Assembly: GCA_002269645.1 (NCBI GenBank)
Contig: NIVC01000486.1
Coordinates: 390,327 to 454,326, forward strand
Length of the DNA: 64,000 bases
Origin: Macrostomum lignano
Lineage: Eukaryota
Direction: 5' to 3'
The notes beneath the pieces were generated by a model. That model was not told where the DNA came from. It saw only the letters and a program-made list of their open reading frames with translations, and searched no databases. Both the position numbers and the translations under genes were made by a program. Below, in pieces: positions 1-10,738 of the stretch (positions are counted from its first letter, which is position 1; each line of letters starts with the position of its first letter).

Positions 1-1123
1 AAAAAGAGGAAGAAGAGATACAACTATGCATTGCAAGGTGTTGATGATGCTGCTAAGAACCCGCTGTATCGGTCTGTTGATGTATTTGTACCACTGAGAT
101 TCATGAGTGGATTCTGTAATACATTTAATCGATTGACTAGTAACTTTAGCTACACCTTTAGGATGACTAGAGATGATCGCAGTAGAGTGTTGTGGACTGG
201 GGCGGACCACACAAGGATGGAGGTGAAGCTAACCGGAATCGAGCTGTATTTGGAAGTCATTGAGCCAAAGACTGCACTAAAAGCTGATTATCTCAAGGCA
301 ATAGAGAAGGACATTGATGTTGCATACACGGCCTACATGTGTCGAGATGAGCGAAACGAAACTAGAACAAACATCTGCATTAAACATCTGCATTAAAGAG
401 GGATCATGCAGCAATCCAAGGTATATTATTATTAACATGAGAAACCCAAATAGCATTATACGCTACATGCATGGAGACGTGCGGTCCATTCAGCATGAAA
501 TCAGTGATAATCTTTTACCCTGTGTGGTGTCTCAACAGACTAACACAGGAAACACGAGTACGTGGCAGGTAAGACTTGCCGGAAAAAAGGTACGAGCTCC
601 ACTTAGGGCAACCCGCGCTTATATTTGATATTTAGGAGTAAATTGTTACACGATCGATAAATTCAACCGCCAAAATGTCACGTGGTTAAAAATACGTTTC
701 ACAATACAATATACGAATAATTTATTAACTGCACTACTTGAAGTAGAGTAGTAAGAAAAAGTAAGAAAAGGTTAGTTAGACGAACGGCCCTTTTACGGGC
801 TCCTAGTCACGACACAACACCCTGCACTGCCACAAAATGGAGATTTCAGTCAGAACAAGATTAGCAAATTTTACAGCGAGTTGGTCGACTTGGCTGTGAA
901 AGAGAACAATGGAATTGCTATCACTGCTCTTCAATATGGAACTCTATATCCGATGTTTGGCGCTGATGTGTCTGCCAGACAAATGCCTACTGATAATAGC
1001 CCTGTGAATATCGTGACTAACATTGAGAGGACTACCGCAACACCCGTGGACCTGTACATTATCTATGCATTTGAGAGGAAGGTGAAGCTTAACATGATCA
1101 ACAATTCATCCAGTAAAGTTTAA
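1..1123 (+). pseudogene. Polinton/adintovirus-like major capsid protein (double jelly-roll), C-terminal part, disrupted
   Basis: Frame +1 reads KKRKKRYNY...VDVFVPLRFMSGFC...IELYLEVIEP. A 13-bp tandem duplication (369-381/382-394) shifts it to frame +2 (NPRYIII...RSIQHE). Removing 501-806 rejoins in frame as HEITTQHPALPQNGDFSQNKISKFY...LYPMFGADVS...IYAFER, stop at 1123. Motifs resemble Maverick/Polinton MCPs (family recognition, no search). The gene begins before the window. Confidence 0.72.
501..806 (+). mobile_element. Non-autonomous Helitron-like insertion (306 bp)
   Basis: Starts TC, ends with a GCCC-TTTTAC-GGGC hairpin (787-800) then CTAG, sits between A and T with no TSD. Its excision restores the capsid reading frame. 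Confidence 0.75.
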
Positions 1124-1142
1124 ATATTTTTTAGGACAAAAA

Positions 1143-2055
1143 ATGGAAGCTATAGCCGAAAGACTAAACAACATTGTTTCACACTCTAAGGAGAGCATTC
1201 CTATTACAATAACCGGGCGAATTAATGACTCAAACGGGATGTTTGTTGAAAAATTAGAGCAGGCGATTCGCCTGGATCCAGGCGCTAATTACCATGTCTA
1301 TCTTAACGACTTCACTGGTTGGTCAAACGTTCCCAATGTGACGGCAGCAAATAATAAGTTTCATTACAAATGGAAAGGTGCAGCAGCAGACCCTGTGGTA
1401 TTCCCTGTGAGCACGCAGTGTGGATACCTACAATTACTTTCTAGAAAACGTCTTTACTAAAAGAGGCCATTTTGAGACACCTGATGCGAGTAAGCCAGAG
1501 AAGAAACTGTTCCCTGTCAAACTAACCTATGATCTCACTGTAATGAGAGTGGTCATGCAAGTTCACAAAGATGCGGAGGTTGAGTTTAAAGATGACACTT
1601 GGTATAGGGAACTGGAATTCGAGAAGAAAGTTTATAAGGCAGAATCCACGGCGCGGACCCAACCCCATCTCCCACCTCAGATCCGTATCCCACCTGAGCT
1701 TCATTTCCCACCCGCCACTCAAGCAACGGGGGCCGTTAGAATGGCCCGGGAAAGTGTAAGCGGTTTGTTCTTAGCACCCAATATTGCAGACATTGTAAAG
1801 GGTTTGAATATTATAATCAGAACTAATCTCAGTCTTGATTGGGTATTTAAGGGAAAGCGAACGAATATTTTGTACAACATCTCCAACTCGGTTGCTGGAG
1901 GACAGACGGTGGTAGAGAAACCAAATCCAGTGAAAAGAGTTGTATTGAGTAATAAGGAGATTCACGAGATTGTGCTACAGTTTGAGACTGAAGATGGGGT
2001 GGGTGTTGATTTCAATGAAGAGTTTGTATTGACGTTGATCATTGAGAGAATGTGA
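1143..2055 (+). pseudogene. Polinton/adintovirus-like minor capsid (penton, single jelly-roll), frameshifted
   Basis: Two overlapping ORFs join near 1415. Motifs: WSNVPNVTAANNKF, RELEFEKKVY, NIADI...IIIRTNL...NILY...VVEKPNP...DGVGVDFNEE. Starts 19 nt after the MCP stop. Confidence 0.72.
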
Positions 2056-3082
2056 GAAAATGCGTTCCCTTTTAAGTATGCTTACCGAGAATAGAGTATA
2101 GAGTGGTATGAAAAAATGCGCTCATGTGTACCCCAGTCTGAGAGGTTGTGGGCGCGGGCGTCGCGTGTGTGGGGGAGAGGGGAGTGTATGTGTGTGGGCG
2201 CAGCGTGCGTGGGGGAGAGAGATTTTCACTTTAACTGAGCCCAGCCGAGGAAGAATTCCGTCTCGAGGGAAGGCCAGAATGCAAACGATTTCGGCCTCGG
2301 GCGAGGCCAAAATGAAAACGATTTTGGCCTTTCAGTTTTTTGGCTGCATACTATTAATTATAAGTCCTGTAACTTAAGTGAGAATACCGCTACTTTTCGC
2401 CCTTAGATTATGTTGATTTTTTTGCTGTCCTAGGGAGGGGTGGGGGTGGTAGACTGATGTTATCCCCCTTAGATGAGTGGTTGTAAGTATTGCATTGGGA
2501 TAGCTAATTTTAAATGTAAGAGCATTATGTATAGATAGATTTTACTAGATGTTGATCTATGGGGGATTTAATCTCTAATGTCCCAGAACTTCCCTCATGA
2601 CAACTACTGAGTTTCGACTTGAGATTTTTAGCGCAATTGCCTAATGATTTCTGCAAAGTATAGTAGCTGTCGTAATCTTTTACGTAGGTTACTCCATACT
2701 TATGAAACTAGTGTCTTTGGAGAGCTAGATTAATATTAGGGACATTGATATCAACGCCGGGCCAATATTTTCTCATGTACTCGCTGCATTCAAGTTTGCA
2801 TTGGTACTTGGATTTGTACAATGGATTAGGCTGAGTATAATAAGAACCTGGAGAGACAGCTGGAAACATTTTTAGAGAAAATTTAGATTTTTTTCAAAGG
2901 GTAAGGACCCTGCGCTGATAATTTAAAGTCTTAGGGATCTGGTTTCGCCGCTTCGGATTGAATATGGGGAGAAGAATGCAGATTCTCTTCTGATTGTTTC
3001 GAAGATGTTATGGGTGGATGCCAGTGGATTATTTCAGTGTCAGTGAGCATAACAGGTGTTAGCACAGATACTCGTACTAAAA

Positions 3083-4781
3083 CACTAGATGGGTCACTTA
3101 ATACAAATTCGCTCGATGTCTGAATAGCCTACTTTCTTCTGGGCATATGAACGCGCAAGACTATCGATTTTTTGTTCTCCCACGTCAGTGCTATGGTTTA
3201 AGCCATAGACAAAAGTTTCAAGCATCGAAATCAAGCTTACTAGTAGGGGTTCAGCATGGCTTTCCTATTAGATATCAGAGCGAAAGCAAGGAGTATATAT
3301 ATTTTGACTTTTCTCCTTTGCTAGAGCGCAAATTCGTTTTCATTTAAGCAAGTAAAAACAATTGTCTAAATGGCTGCCGGAGGAAGAACGCATGAAGACC
3401 GAGTGCTGGCAAATATCGAAGAGTTGAAATACACAAGCGAAGATTGCTGTGCGGCGACTTGTACCAGCACTAGTACCTCTGTAAACGAAGATGGCATCCC
3501 GATTCGCATGCATCAGTTTCCGAAGAATCAGTCCATAGCATTGAAGTGGCAATCAATGCTGGAGTTACGAGCCATTTCACTCGAGAAGCTGTGGAAAATG
3601 AAGTGGAAGGTATGCAGCTTGCATTTTACAGACGAGGCATACAATTGCCCAAGACTACACCATGACCGAAGTACAAGGCTACGGTGGGATGCTGTTCCTG
3701 ACAGAGAGCTGGTGTTGCCACGACTAATCAGGGAGAAGCCACTAGAAATAATTCGGAGTGACGATGCGGCTGATAATACGTACCCACCCGTTCTGTCGCG
3801 CTTTGACGTCGAAGACGCAGTTCCAGAAGCAGATCAGATTCCTTCAATGGCAGGTGATTTAGCTAGCGCTGCTCCACGAGAACCAACTGCGTCTTGCTCT
3901 GCATCATTTCTACGACTGCATGCATCGTCCAGCAAAGTAGCTAGAAACCTACGACGAAAGCTGTGTCGGCAGGAGAAGACGATCGATAAGCTGCGGCGCA
4001 AAATCGAAGACTCGCAGGTTGGAAAGTTCAGCAGCAGCAGCAGCAGCGCCCTCCACCGTCTAGTGCAGAGCTCTATGAAGCAAACAAAGTCTCGCCACCG
4101 TGGCATGCGTTGGGCTGTCAAAGACATCTGCTCTGCTATTCAAGTGCATCACAAAAGTCCTGCCGCGTACCGACTTCTGCGAGATCAGTGGAAGATGCCA
4201 TTTCCATCAGAGACGTCAATTAAGCGGCGCATCAGATTGTTTTTTCAGGAAGAAGGCGTTTGTGAAGTTACCATGAAGCTGATGAGAAAAAAGTTGCAAG
4301 ACTGCACAGAGAAAGAGCGAGTGGCCACTCTTTGCTTTGATGGAATGAGCTTGTCGGGATAGCTAGCTTAAACTATAAAGTAAAATTTTGTTTTCATAAT
4401 GCTTTTGTCTTGCCCAAATGCTTTATATGTACGAGTATAATATTTACTTTTGTGAAATCTTCTTTCAATCTGTGTATACATGATAAGTTGATACGACCCT
4501 GTGCATCAAAATATATATACATGTAAGTGCAATGCGCATGCCTCTATTATAACAAGTTTAAACCAAGCCCACATTTTTGTTAATTTTTTTTCATTTTCCG
4601 TCGGTAATAAACTTCAATGATTGAAAAATGAGGGTCTGAAATGTCAAAACTTTTTGTCTACATCATAATCTAAATATAGTATTAAAATTTTACTTGGTGC
4701 ACAAAAATATCCAAAAAACTCTATACAGACGCCCAATTGAAAGTAGCTTATTCATGAAATAGGCGAGTGACCCATCTAGTG
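3083..4781 (+). mobile_element. THAP/P-superfamily DNA transposon, internal-deletion derivative
   Basis: TIR CACTAGATGGGTCACT at 3083-3098, exact reverse complement at 4766-4781. Imperfect subterminal inverted match around 3122-3136/4740-4754. Encloses the THAP transposase ORF. No TSD found. Confidence 0.75.
3370..4362 (+). CDS. Truncated THAP-domain P-element-type (THAP9-like) transposase
   Basis: THAP C2CH motif (CCAATC...HQFP...W...VCSLHF), coiled coil, then SPAAYRLLR...PFPSETSIKR...LCFDGM. The ORF stops right after the first catalytic Asp region. Confidence 0.8.
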   Translation: MAAGGRTHEDRVLANIEELKYTSEDCCAATCTSTSTSVNEDGIPIRMHQFPKNQSIALKWQSMLELRAISLEKLWKMKWKVCSLHFTDEAYNCPRLHHDRSTRLRWDAVPDRELVLPRLIREKPLEIIRSDDAADNTYPPVLSRFDVEDAVPEADQIPSMAGDLASAAPREPTASCSASFLRLHASSSKVARNLRRKLCRQEKTIDKLRRKIEDSQVGKFSSSSSSALHRLVQSSMKQTKSRHRGMRWAVKDICSAIQVHHKSPAAYRLLRDQWKMPFPSETSIKRRIRLFFQEEGVCEVTMKLMRKKLQDCTEKERVATLCFDGMSLSG

Positions 4782-4820
4782 TTTTTATTATCTATGGTGT
4801 TAGTGGACACCTGTTATGCT

Positions 4821-5035
4821 CTGATTCTGTAAGGGATAATATGGATGGATTTTAATGGGATTATGGAGGAGGTTTTGTGAGTGAGTGCGGCCCCCCTTTT
4901 TTTCTGGTTCTGTCAGGGATAATATCGATGGATTTAGGTGGATTATGGAGGATGTTTTGTGAGCAAGTGCGACACCCCTTTTTTTCTGATTCTGTCAGGG
5001 TTAATATGGATGGATTTAGGTGGATTATGGAGGAC
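4821..5035. repeat. 82-bp tandem repeat, about 2.6 copies
   Basis: TTATGGAGGA recurs at 4861, 4943 and 5025. Confidence 0.85.
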
Positions 5036-5956
5036 GTGAAAAATTTTGTCCCAGAAGCCCCCTCATGCATTCTACTCTTGCCTCTGAACTACCGGGAGTC
5101 TTGCCCAAGCACATTAACGGGAATAGGAATTAAGGGAACTAATGTAACCAACCTTTTGTACGATTGAGCCTCTTTTTTTAATATCAATTTTATCAACCAG
5201 TTAACTATAAAATTCATTGGTGCCCTGACTCGCTTCTTTAAATCTAACTACTAGAATTAGGAACAGCAGGAACCTGGTGGCAGCGAACTACCAAATCTCG
5301 AATCAGTAGGAAGTAAAATCCACTAAGAAATCCTTATGTCGAGAAAATAAGACTAAAAACTAGAAGTTTAACTAGATGTTGAATACTGTTGAAAATTGAG
5401 TACTAAGATAAGCCAGTAAGTGGGCGCAGGGCCCAAACAAGTATTATACCAGACATTAACTTAGGGGGTTTGAATTGCAGATAATAAAGAGAGGGATGGA
5501 GTGCGCGACTAAATAGAGAGGCGAGAATGGAGAACCAATCAGAAGGCAGCAAGGGAGAGAGAGATAAGAATAACAAGATTGAGCTAGACACAGAGAGAGA
5601 AAACAGTAAACAGAGACAAGTGAAGGTGAACTAAAGAAATGACCAGGAAAGTCGCGACACCTTAGTATAAAACCAGTAGCTTAACCGCGAGGTACACGCC
5701 CGATCCCATGACCAACTTCACAAGCAATCAAAACAATCAAAACAAGCAAGCAAACAAGAAAATAATTGGACTGGTTTGTGCGGCGAAAGTGCACAAACCG
5801 GCTTTAGTGCCCAGCGCGTTGATTGTACATCGCCGCCTGCCCCCCCCCCTTGGGTGGCAGGGGTGTTTTTAAACCCCCGTCGCGCTCTACTGGCGGCTCA
5901 CTTGGCCTTTTCGCAGTGAATTTTTTTGACTTAGAAATAGAAACTTTTGCTGAGTC

Positions 5957-7018
5957 ATGAACCGCACCCGTAGCCAGTCAGCCGATTCCGTCCCCACAAC
6001 TGTGCCAGCACTGCGAGGGAAACTAAAGGAGCTTGGTTTGCCAACCTCTGGCAACAAAGCAAAACTAGTCCAAAGGCTTCGCGCCCATATTCAAGACGTG
6101 GAGACCTCTGTCGAGAGTGACGAGCTGACGAACGTTCAGGCCATTCTGCGAGCTACAGGGCAGAACTCGGCGGTAGCGAGCAGCGGGGGCAGCCCCCCAA
6201 ATCGGCGACAGGTCGAGAACGGTGGGTCTGGCGCGGCTGGCGGCCTGGACGAACAGCTGCTGGAGGCGGAGAAGTGAATCCGTCTGCTGAAGCTGCGCAA
6301 AGAAGAAGCGCAGCTGGAATCCGAGTTCGCGCAGCTACGGGTCGGCCGTTCTGAGGCACGTGATGTACCGGGTGAGTTGCTAAATTGCCTAACTGGATGT
6401 GTGCAGCATGAAGTTGGGCAGCAGCATGAGAACATGGGAGCCTCAGGGAGAAGTACCAGTAGCGTCTACCGAATCGTTGACTTCGTCAGCAAGCGCAAGC
6501 AGTGTCTTCTAGGCCAGAGTAAGTCTAAAGAAGTGGCGGTCGAGGCGCTGTCGTTAGGCGATTGGGTGACGGGCAATGCGCAGGCGATGCTTCAGATGCT
6601 GACTGACGGGCGTCTAGTCAGACTGGATCAGCATGGTCGATTGGATGTGGCAGAGCTCAGAGACTATCTCAGGTACACCGCACGCATTGGCGAGTTGTTG
6701 GACCTGGGCTTCGACAAGAGCCGTGTGATGAGATTTGATGACGAGTGCCGGCTCAGCCAAACGTCTGATGGCAAGTGGGAGTCGCACAGCTCGGACCTGA
6801 GTCTGGTTGCGGCGTACCTCATGGCTCCCCAGGAGCAGCAATCGGGGGGTGGTGCCCAGAAGCGCAATCAACTGGTTTGCTTCGACTACAACAGGATACG
6901 CGGGTGCGAACGCAAGAGCTGTCGGTTCCTGCATCGCTGCCGAAGATGCGGCCTGGCGCACTCTGAGGCAGCCTTCCACCGCGACGAATCGAGCGGTGAG
7001 GAGAAACCGCAACACTGA
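5957..7018 (+). pseudogene. Ngaro ORF1 (Gag-like): N-terminal SAP domain, coiled coil, C-terminal CCCH/CCHC finger; one in-frame TGA
   Basis: TVPALRGKLKELGLPTSGNKAKLVQRL fits the SAP consensus. The frame continues past TGA 6275-6277 (IRLLKLRKEEAQLE) into ORF 6377-7018, ending CFDYN...C...C..LHRCRRCGLAH. Confidence 0.75.
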
Positions 7019-8831
7019 CTCGATCATAGCGCGAATTTTATTCCTCCTGTTTTATCCTCTGATCTCAATCTGGCCCAGTGGCAGGCGGAGTTGTCCAAGC
7101 TGGATCTCCCGCCCGGTCGGATGGCTTTTATCCTTGATGGCGTTGCTAGTGGCTTTCGCATCACCAATCGTCAGATGCATGGCAACGAGCTGGTTGAAGT
7201 GGCAAACTACTCATCGGTTTTTAAGCACCATGACAGAGTTGCGCGTCAGATTGCTAATGAGCTTCGTCTCGGTCGTTATCGTCTCTGTGCTGCTGGTGAC
7301 AAACCTCGCATAGTCAGCGCCCTTGGTGCGCTGCCGAAGTCCAACGGTGGCGTTCGCTTAATCCATGACTGCAGCCGGCCGCAAGGGAAGTCTGTCAACT
7401 CCGCTTACGAGAGCGAGCAGAGACTGCGCTTCACCTGTGTCCAGAACTTTGCTAAGAGGCTTAAGAAGAATTACTTTATGTGCAAGGTCGATCTAAGCGA
7501 AGCCTATCGTTCATGTGGGATCCATCCTGACGACCAAAAGTTTGAAGTTTCGGCTAGGTAGCGATGCTTGCGACACCTACATGGTGGACACGCGCCTGCC
7601 ATTTGGTGCTGCTGCTTCCGTCACGGCTTTCTATCATCTCAGCGAGGCGGTCAAGTTGATGATGGTGCACCGCGGCTTCGTCAATACTGAGGCCTATCTG
7701 GACGATTTTGCCTTTTGCGGTTTGCAAAACGAGTGCGAGGCCTTCTTTAATGTGTTGACGTCGCTGATGACCAGACTGGGCTTCACCGTGAATTGGACGA
7801 AGTGTCAGCGGCCTTCGCAAAGGATGACGTTTCTCGGTGTGGAGCTCGACACCGTCAAGGGCCTGAAGCGGCTTTCAGACGAGAAAGTGGAGAAACTTTT
7901 AGAGCAACTGGACGATGCTGCTGCCAAGGATCGCATCAGCAAGCAAAGTTTACAGCAGATCATCGGCAGGCTGGTGTGGGCTTCGCAGGTGATCGAATGC
8001 GGTCGCCCCTTTCTTCAGGACCTGATTTCGCGCTCTAACAATTTGGCCGTCGGTCAGCAAGATGAGATGGATGCGGCCCTGCGTAGTCAGCTGCGCTGGT
8101 GGAAGTGTGCTCTGCTAGCTCAAAGGTGGAAGACACTCTGGTTCAATGGCGACTTCGATGCCGCGATCGAGTCGGACGCCTGCCTGGTGGGCGGCGCTGC
8201 CGTGCTGCGGTTGCCGGGGGGCGTGAGTGACTGGCGCTACGTTAATTGGGATCTCGACGCGGATGCTGTTTTTCGGGATCTGCCTATCAATTACAAGGAG
8301 GCTGCGATACCTCTGATGGCGTTGCTGTCGTGGCGGGACCGCCTGCACAACTGTCGGCTGTGCATCTACTGCGATAATATGGCAGCGTGCTGTATTATCA
8401 ACAATGGTGTCTCCAAGTGCCCTCTGGTGATGAGGCTGTTGCAGACGGTGGCGCTGCTTTGCATTCGTCAGAACATTCGGCTGCGTGCTTACCATGTGCC
8501 AGGGCCGTTTCAAATTTTTGCTGACGCCGCGTCTCGGCTGCACGAGGGCAGTCAGTTGTTGAATTTTTTGCTGCGCTTTTATGGCTCATTGATGCGTCTC
8601 ACCAATTGCTCGCTTTCCCGGCACACGCTTTCTGCTGCCACATCCGCTTTTCTCCGTTTTCAGGTCGCCAGACTGCGCCAGACCACCTCAGCCACCGAGC
8701 CCGTGAACTACTCGGTTCCTCCTACGCGGCCCGCTCGAAAAGCGCCATCAGCTCACACGTGCGGTCCTGGCGCGCGTACTGCTCAGCCAAGGGACTCGAC
8801 CCCGCCGGGTGTACTGTGTCCACGCTGCTAA
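7019..8831 (+). pseudogene. Ngaro reverse transcriptase + RNase H, frameshift near 7535
   Basis: LNLAQWQAEL...GVASGF, VRLIHDCS, KVDLSEAYR, then after the shift RLPFG, YLDDF, MTFLGVELD; RNase H ESDAC...INYKE...YCDN. Confidence 0.9.
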
Positions 8832-9651
8832 ACTACCTGGCTGGCCTCACGGGCACGCGCCTGCGAGCCTACAGTAGCGTTCGCGGTCACGTCAGCTCGC
8901 TTTCACTGTGGTTTCGGCTGAACGGCGCTCAGGACCTGACGAAGCACACCCTCACCCAGCATCTGCTGCGGGGCTGCAAGCGAGCGCTGGGGCTTCAGGT
9001 CAACCAGAAGCTACCAATGTCTCCGTCGGTGCTGCAAAAGCTTTGGTCTCTGGTTGACAAGGGCGACAATCGGCAACTGGCCTGCTGGGCGGTCACCATC
9101 ACTGCCTGGTGGGGATGCTGCGAAAATCATCACTCCTTCTATCGTCGCCTCAGTTGGGTAGTGGGATGAAGGTGCAGAATCTGACACCTCACCGTTGCGG
9201 CCTCCTCTTAAGCGTGGACTTTGGCAAGACTATTCAGTTCCGTGATCGAGTCCACCACGTCCTGCTTCCGAAGTTCCCCGCCTGCCCTGCGCTCTGCCCG
9301 GTAGTGGCGATTCGCCGACATCTGTGTGTCAACAAGCTGGCGATGGCCGAGGCGCCACTCTGGTCCTTCATCGATCGCAATGGACAGCGGCGCCATCTGG
9401 CTGCTCGGGACTTGGACCGGTTTCTTGACTCTAAGCTGCAGAGGGCTGGGTGTGGCGGCAAGCTCTACTCGGCTCACAGCCTGCGTCGAGGTGGAGCCAC
9501 CTGGGCAGCTCGCATGGGCCTGCCGGTGGCGGAGATCCAGCGGATCGGCGACTGGAAGAGTTCGGCGGTGGAGCGCTACTTGCCCCGCTCGGGTGTTGCC
9601 ACTGCTGCGGCCTCTCTGCATTTTTCGTCCGCCCTTAGTGCTCATTTTTGA
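8606..9651 (+). pseudogene. Ngaro tyrosine recombinase, 1-nt frameshift in the G-run near 9110
   Basis: SAM-like N-terminal part, then GMLRKS (R), GKTIQF (K), HSLRRGGA (HxxR), IGDW (W), VERYL (catalytic Y). Overlaps the end of the RT/RH ORF. Confidence 0.9.
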
Positions 9652-10139
9652 CGGTGGTCTTCCCGCTGATTTGTTTTTTGCTCAATGCCTAGCTGCTGCT
9701 CTTATCCCCCGTTGTGTTTGGCTTTGGAGGCCTGCTTCGTTTCTGTGCCAAGTTCGTGTTTTAATTGCCTTTGTTGCTGGAAGCACTAATGGACTGGTTT
9801 GTGCGGCGAAAGTGCACAAACCGGCTTTAGTGCCCAGCGCGTTGATTGTACATCGCCGCCTGCCCCCCCCCTTGGGTGGCAGGGGTGTTTTTAAACCCCC
9901 GTCGCGCTCTACTGGCGGCTCACTTGGCCTTCTCGCAGTGAATTTTTTTTCTTTTTCGTGTTAAGTTTGCTTTAAGCCAAATATACTCGTAGATTGAAGT
10001 TCGAAACACTTTTTTATTGACGGAGGCCTGCTTCGTTTCTGTGCCAAGTTCGTGTTTTAATTGCCTTTGTTGCTGGAAGCACTAATCGGCAGGTTAAAAC
10101 CTTGCAATTGTGATTTCGAATTTCCAGGAAGCAGACATC

Positions 10140-10430
10140 AAAATTGCGCAAGCAAACTTCGGCAAGCAAAATTCCTGCAAGCAAACTTCGGCAAGCAAAG
10201 TTCCTGCAAGCAAAGTTCCTGCAAGCAAACTTCGGCAAGCAAAATTCCTGCAAGCAAACTTCGGCAAGCAAAGTTCCTGAAAGCAAATTTCCTGCAAGCA
10301 AAGTTCCTGCAAGCAAAGTTCGGCAAGCAAAATTCCTGCAAGCAAAGTTCGGCAAGCAAAATTCCTGCAAGCAAAGTTCGGCAAGCAAAGTTCCTGCAAG
10401 CAAAGTTCGGCAAGCAAACTTCCCGCAAGA
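10140..10430. repeat. 14/15-bp minisatellite GCAAGCAAA(C/A/G)TTC(G/CT)
   Basis: About 20 tandem units, read directly. Confidence 0.9.
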
Positions 10431-10738
10431 AAACGTCGTACTCCCCATATGGACGATCTGTTGAGGAAGCAAAAGCTAATCCTGAATGACAGCTACGGCT
10501 GGGTGTTAATACGAGCTAGGTTTGATTGGTTTGATATTGAGAAGAGCAAAGCAATTTTCTCAGGTTCAATATATAAATATATATAGTAATAATAATAGGA
10601 TAAAGTTATTTAAGTATCAATAAAAATAAGTCTACAGTAGGATTTAGAAGTTATAAGCAAGCTAATACAGATACTCTTGGCATCCGTGCTCACAATAACA
10701 GAGGATGATCAGTCAGTAGAGCCAGGTTTTCACGAAGT

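Larger units (their letters stand above)
5768..10086 (+). mobile_element. Ngaro-type tyrosine-recombinase retrotransposon (split direct repeats A1...B1-A2-B2)
   Basis: A1 5768-5927 matches A2 9791-9950 (one substitution, one C-run indel); B1 9726-9790 matches B2 10022-10086. Internal gag, RT/RNase H and YR ORFs are all on the + strand. Confidence 0.93.

Noticed and set aside
8606-9651. Prophage or bacterial integrase (contamination)
   Set aside because: Linked to RT/RNase H and split direct repeats of a Ngaro element among intron-containing genes.
10014-10489. Overlapping ORFs on both strands
   Set aside because: Translation of the 14/15-bp minisatellite.
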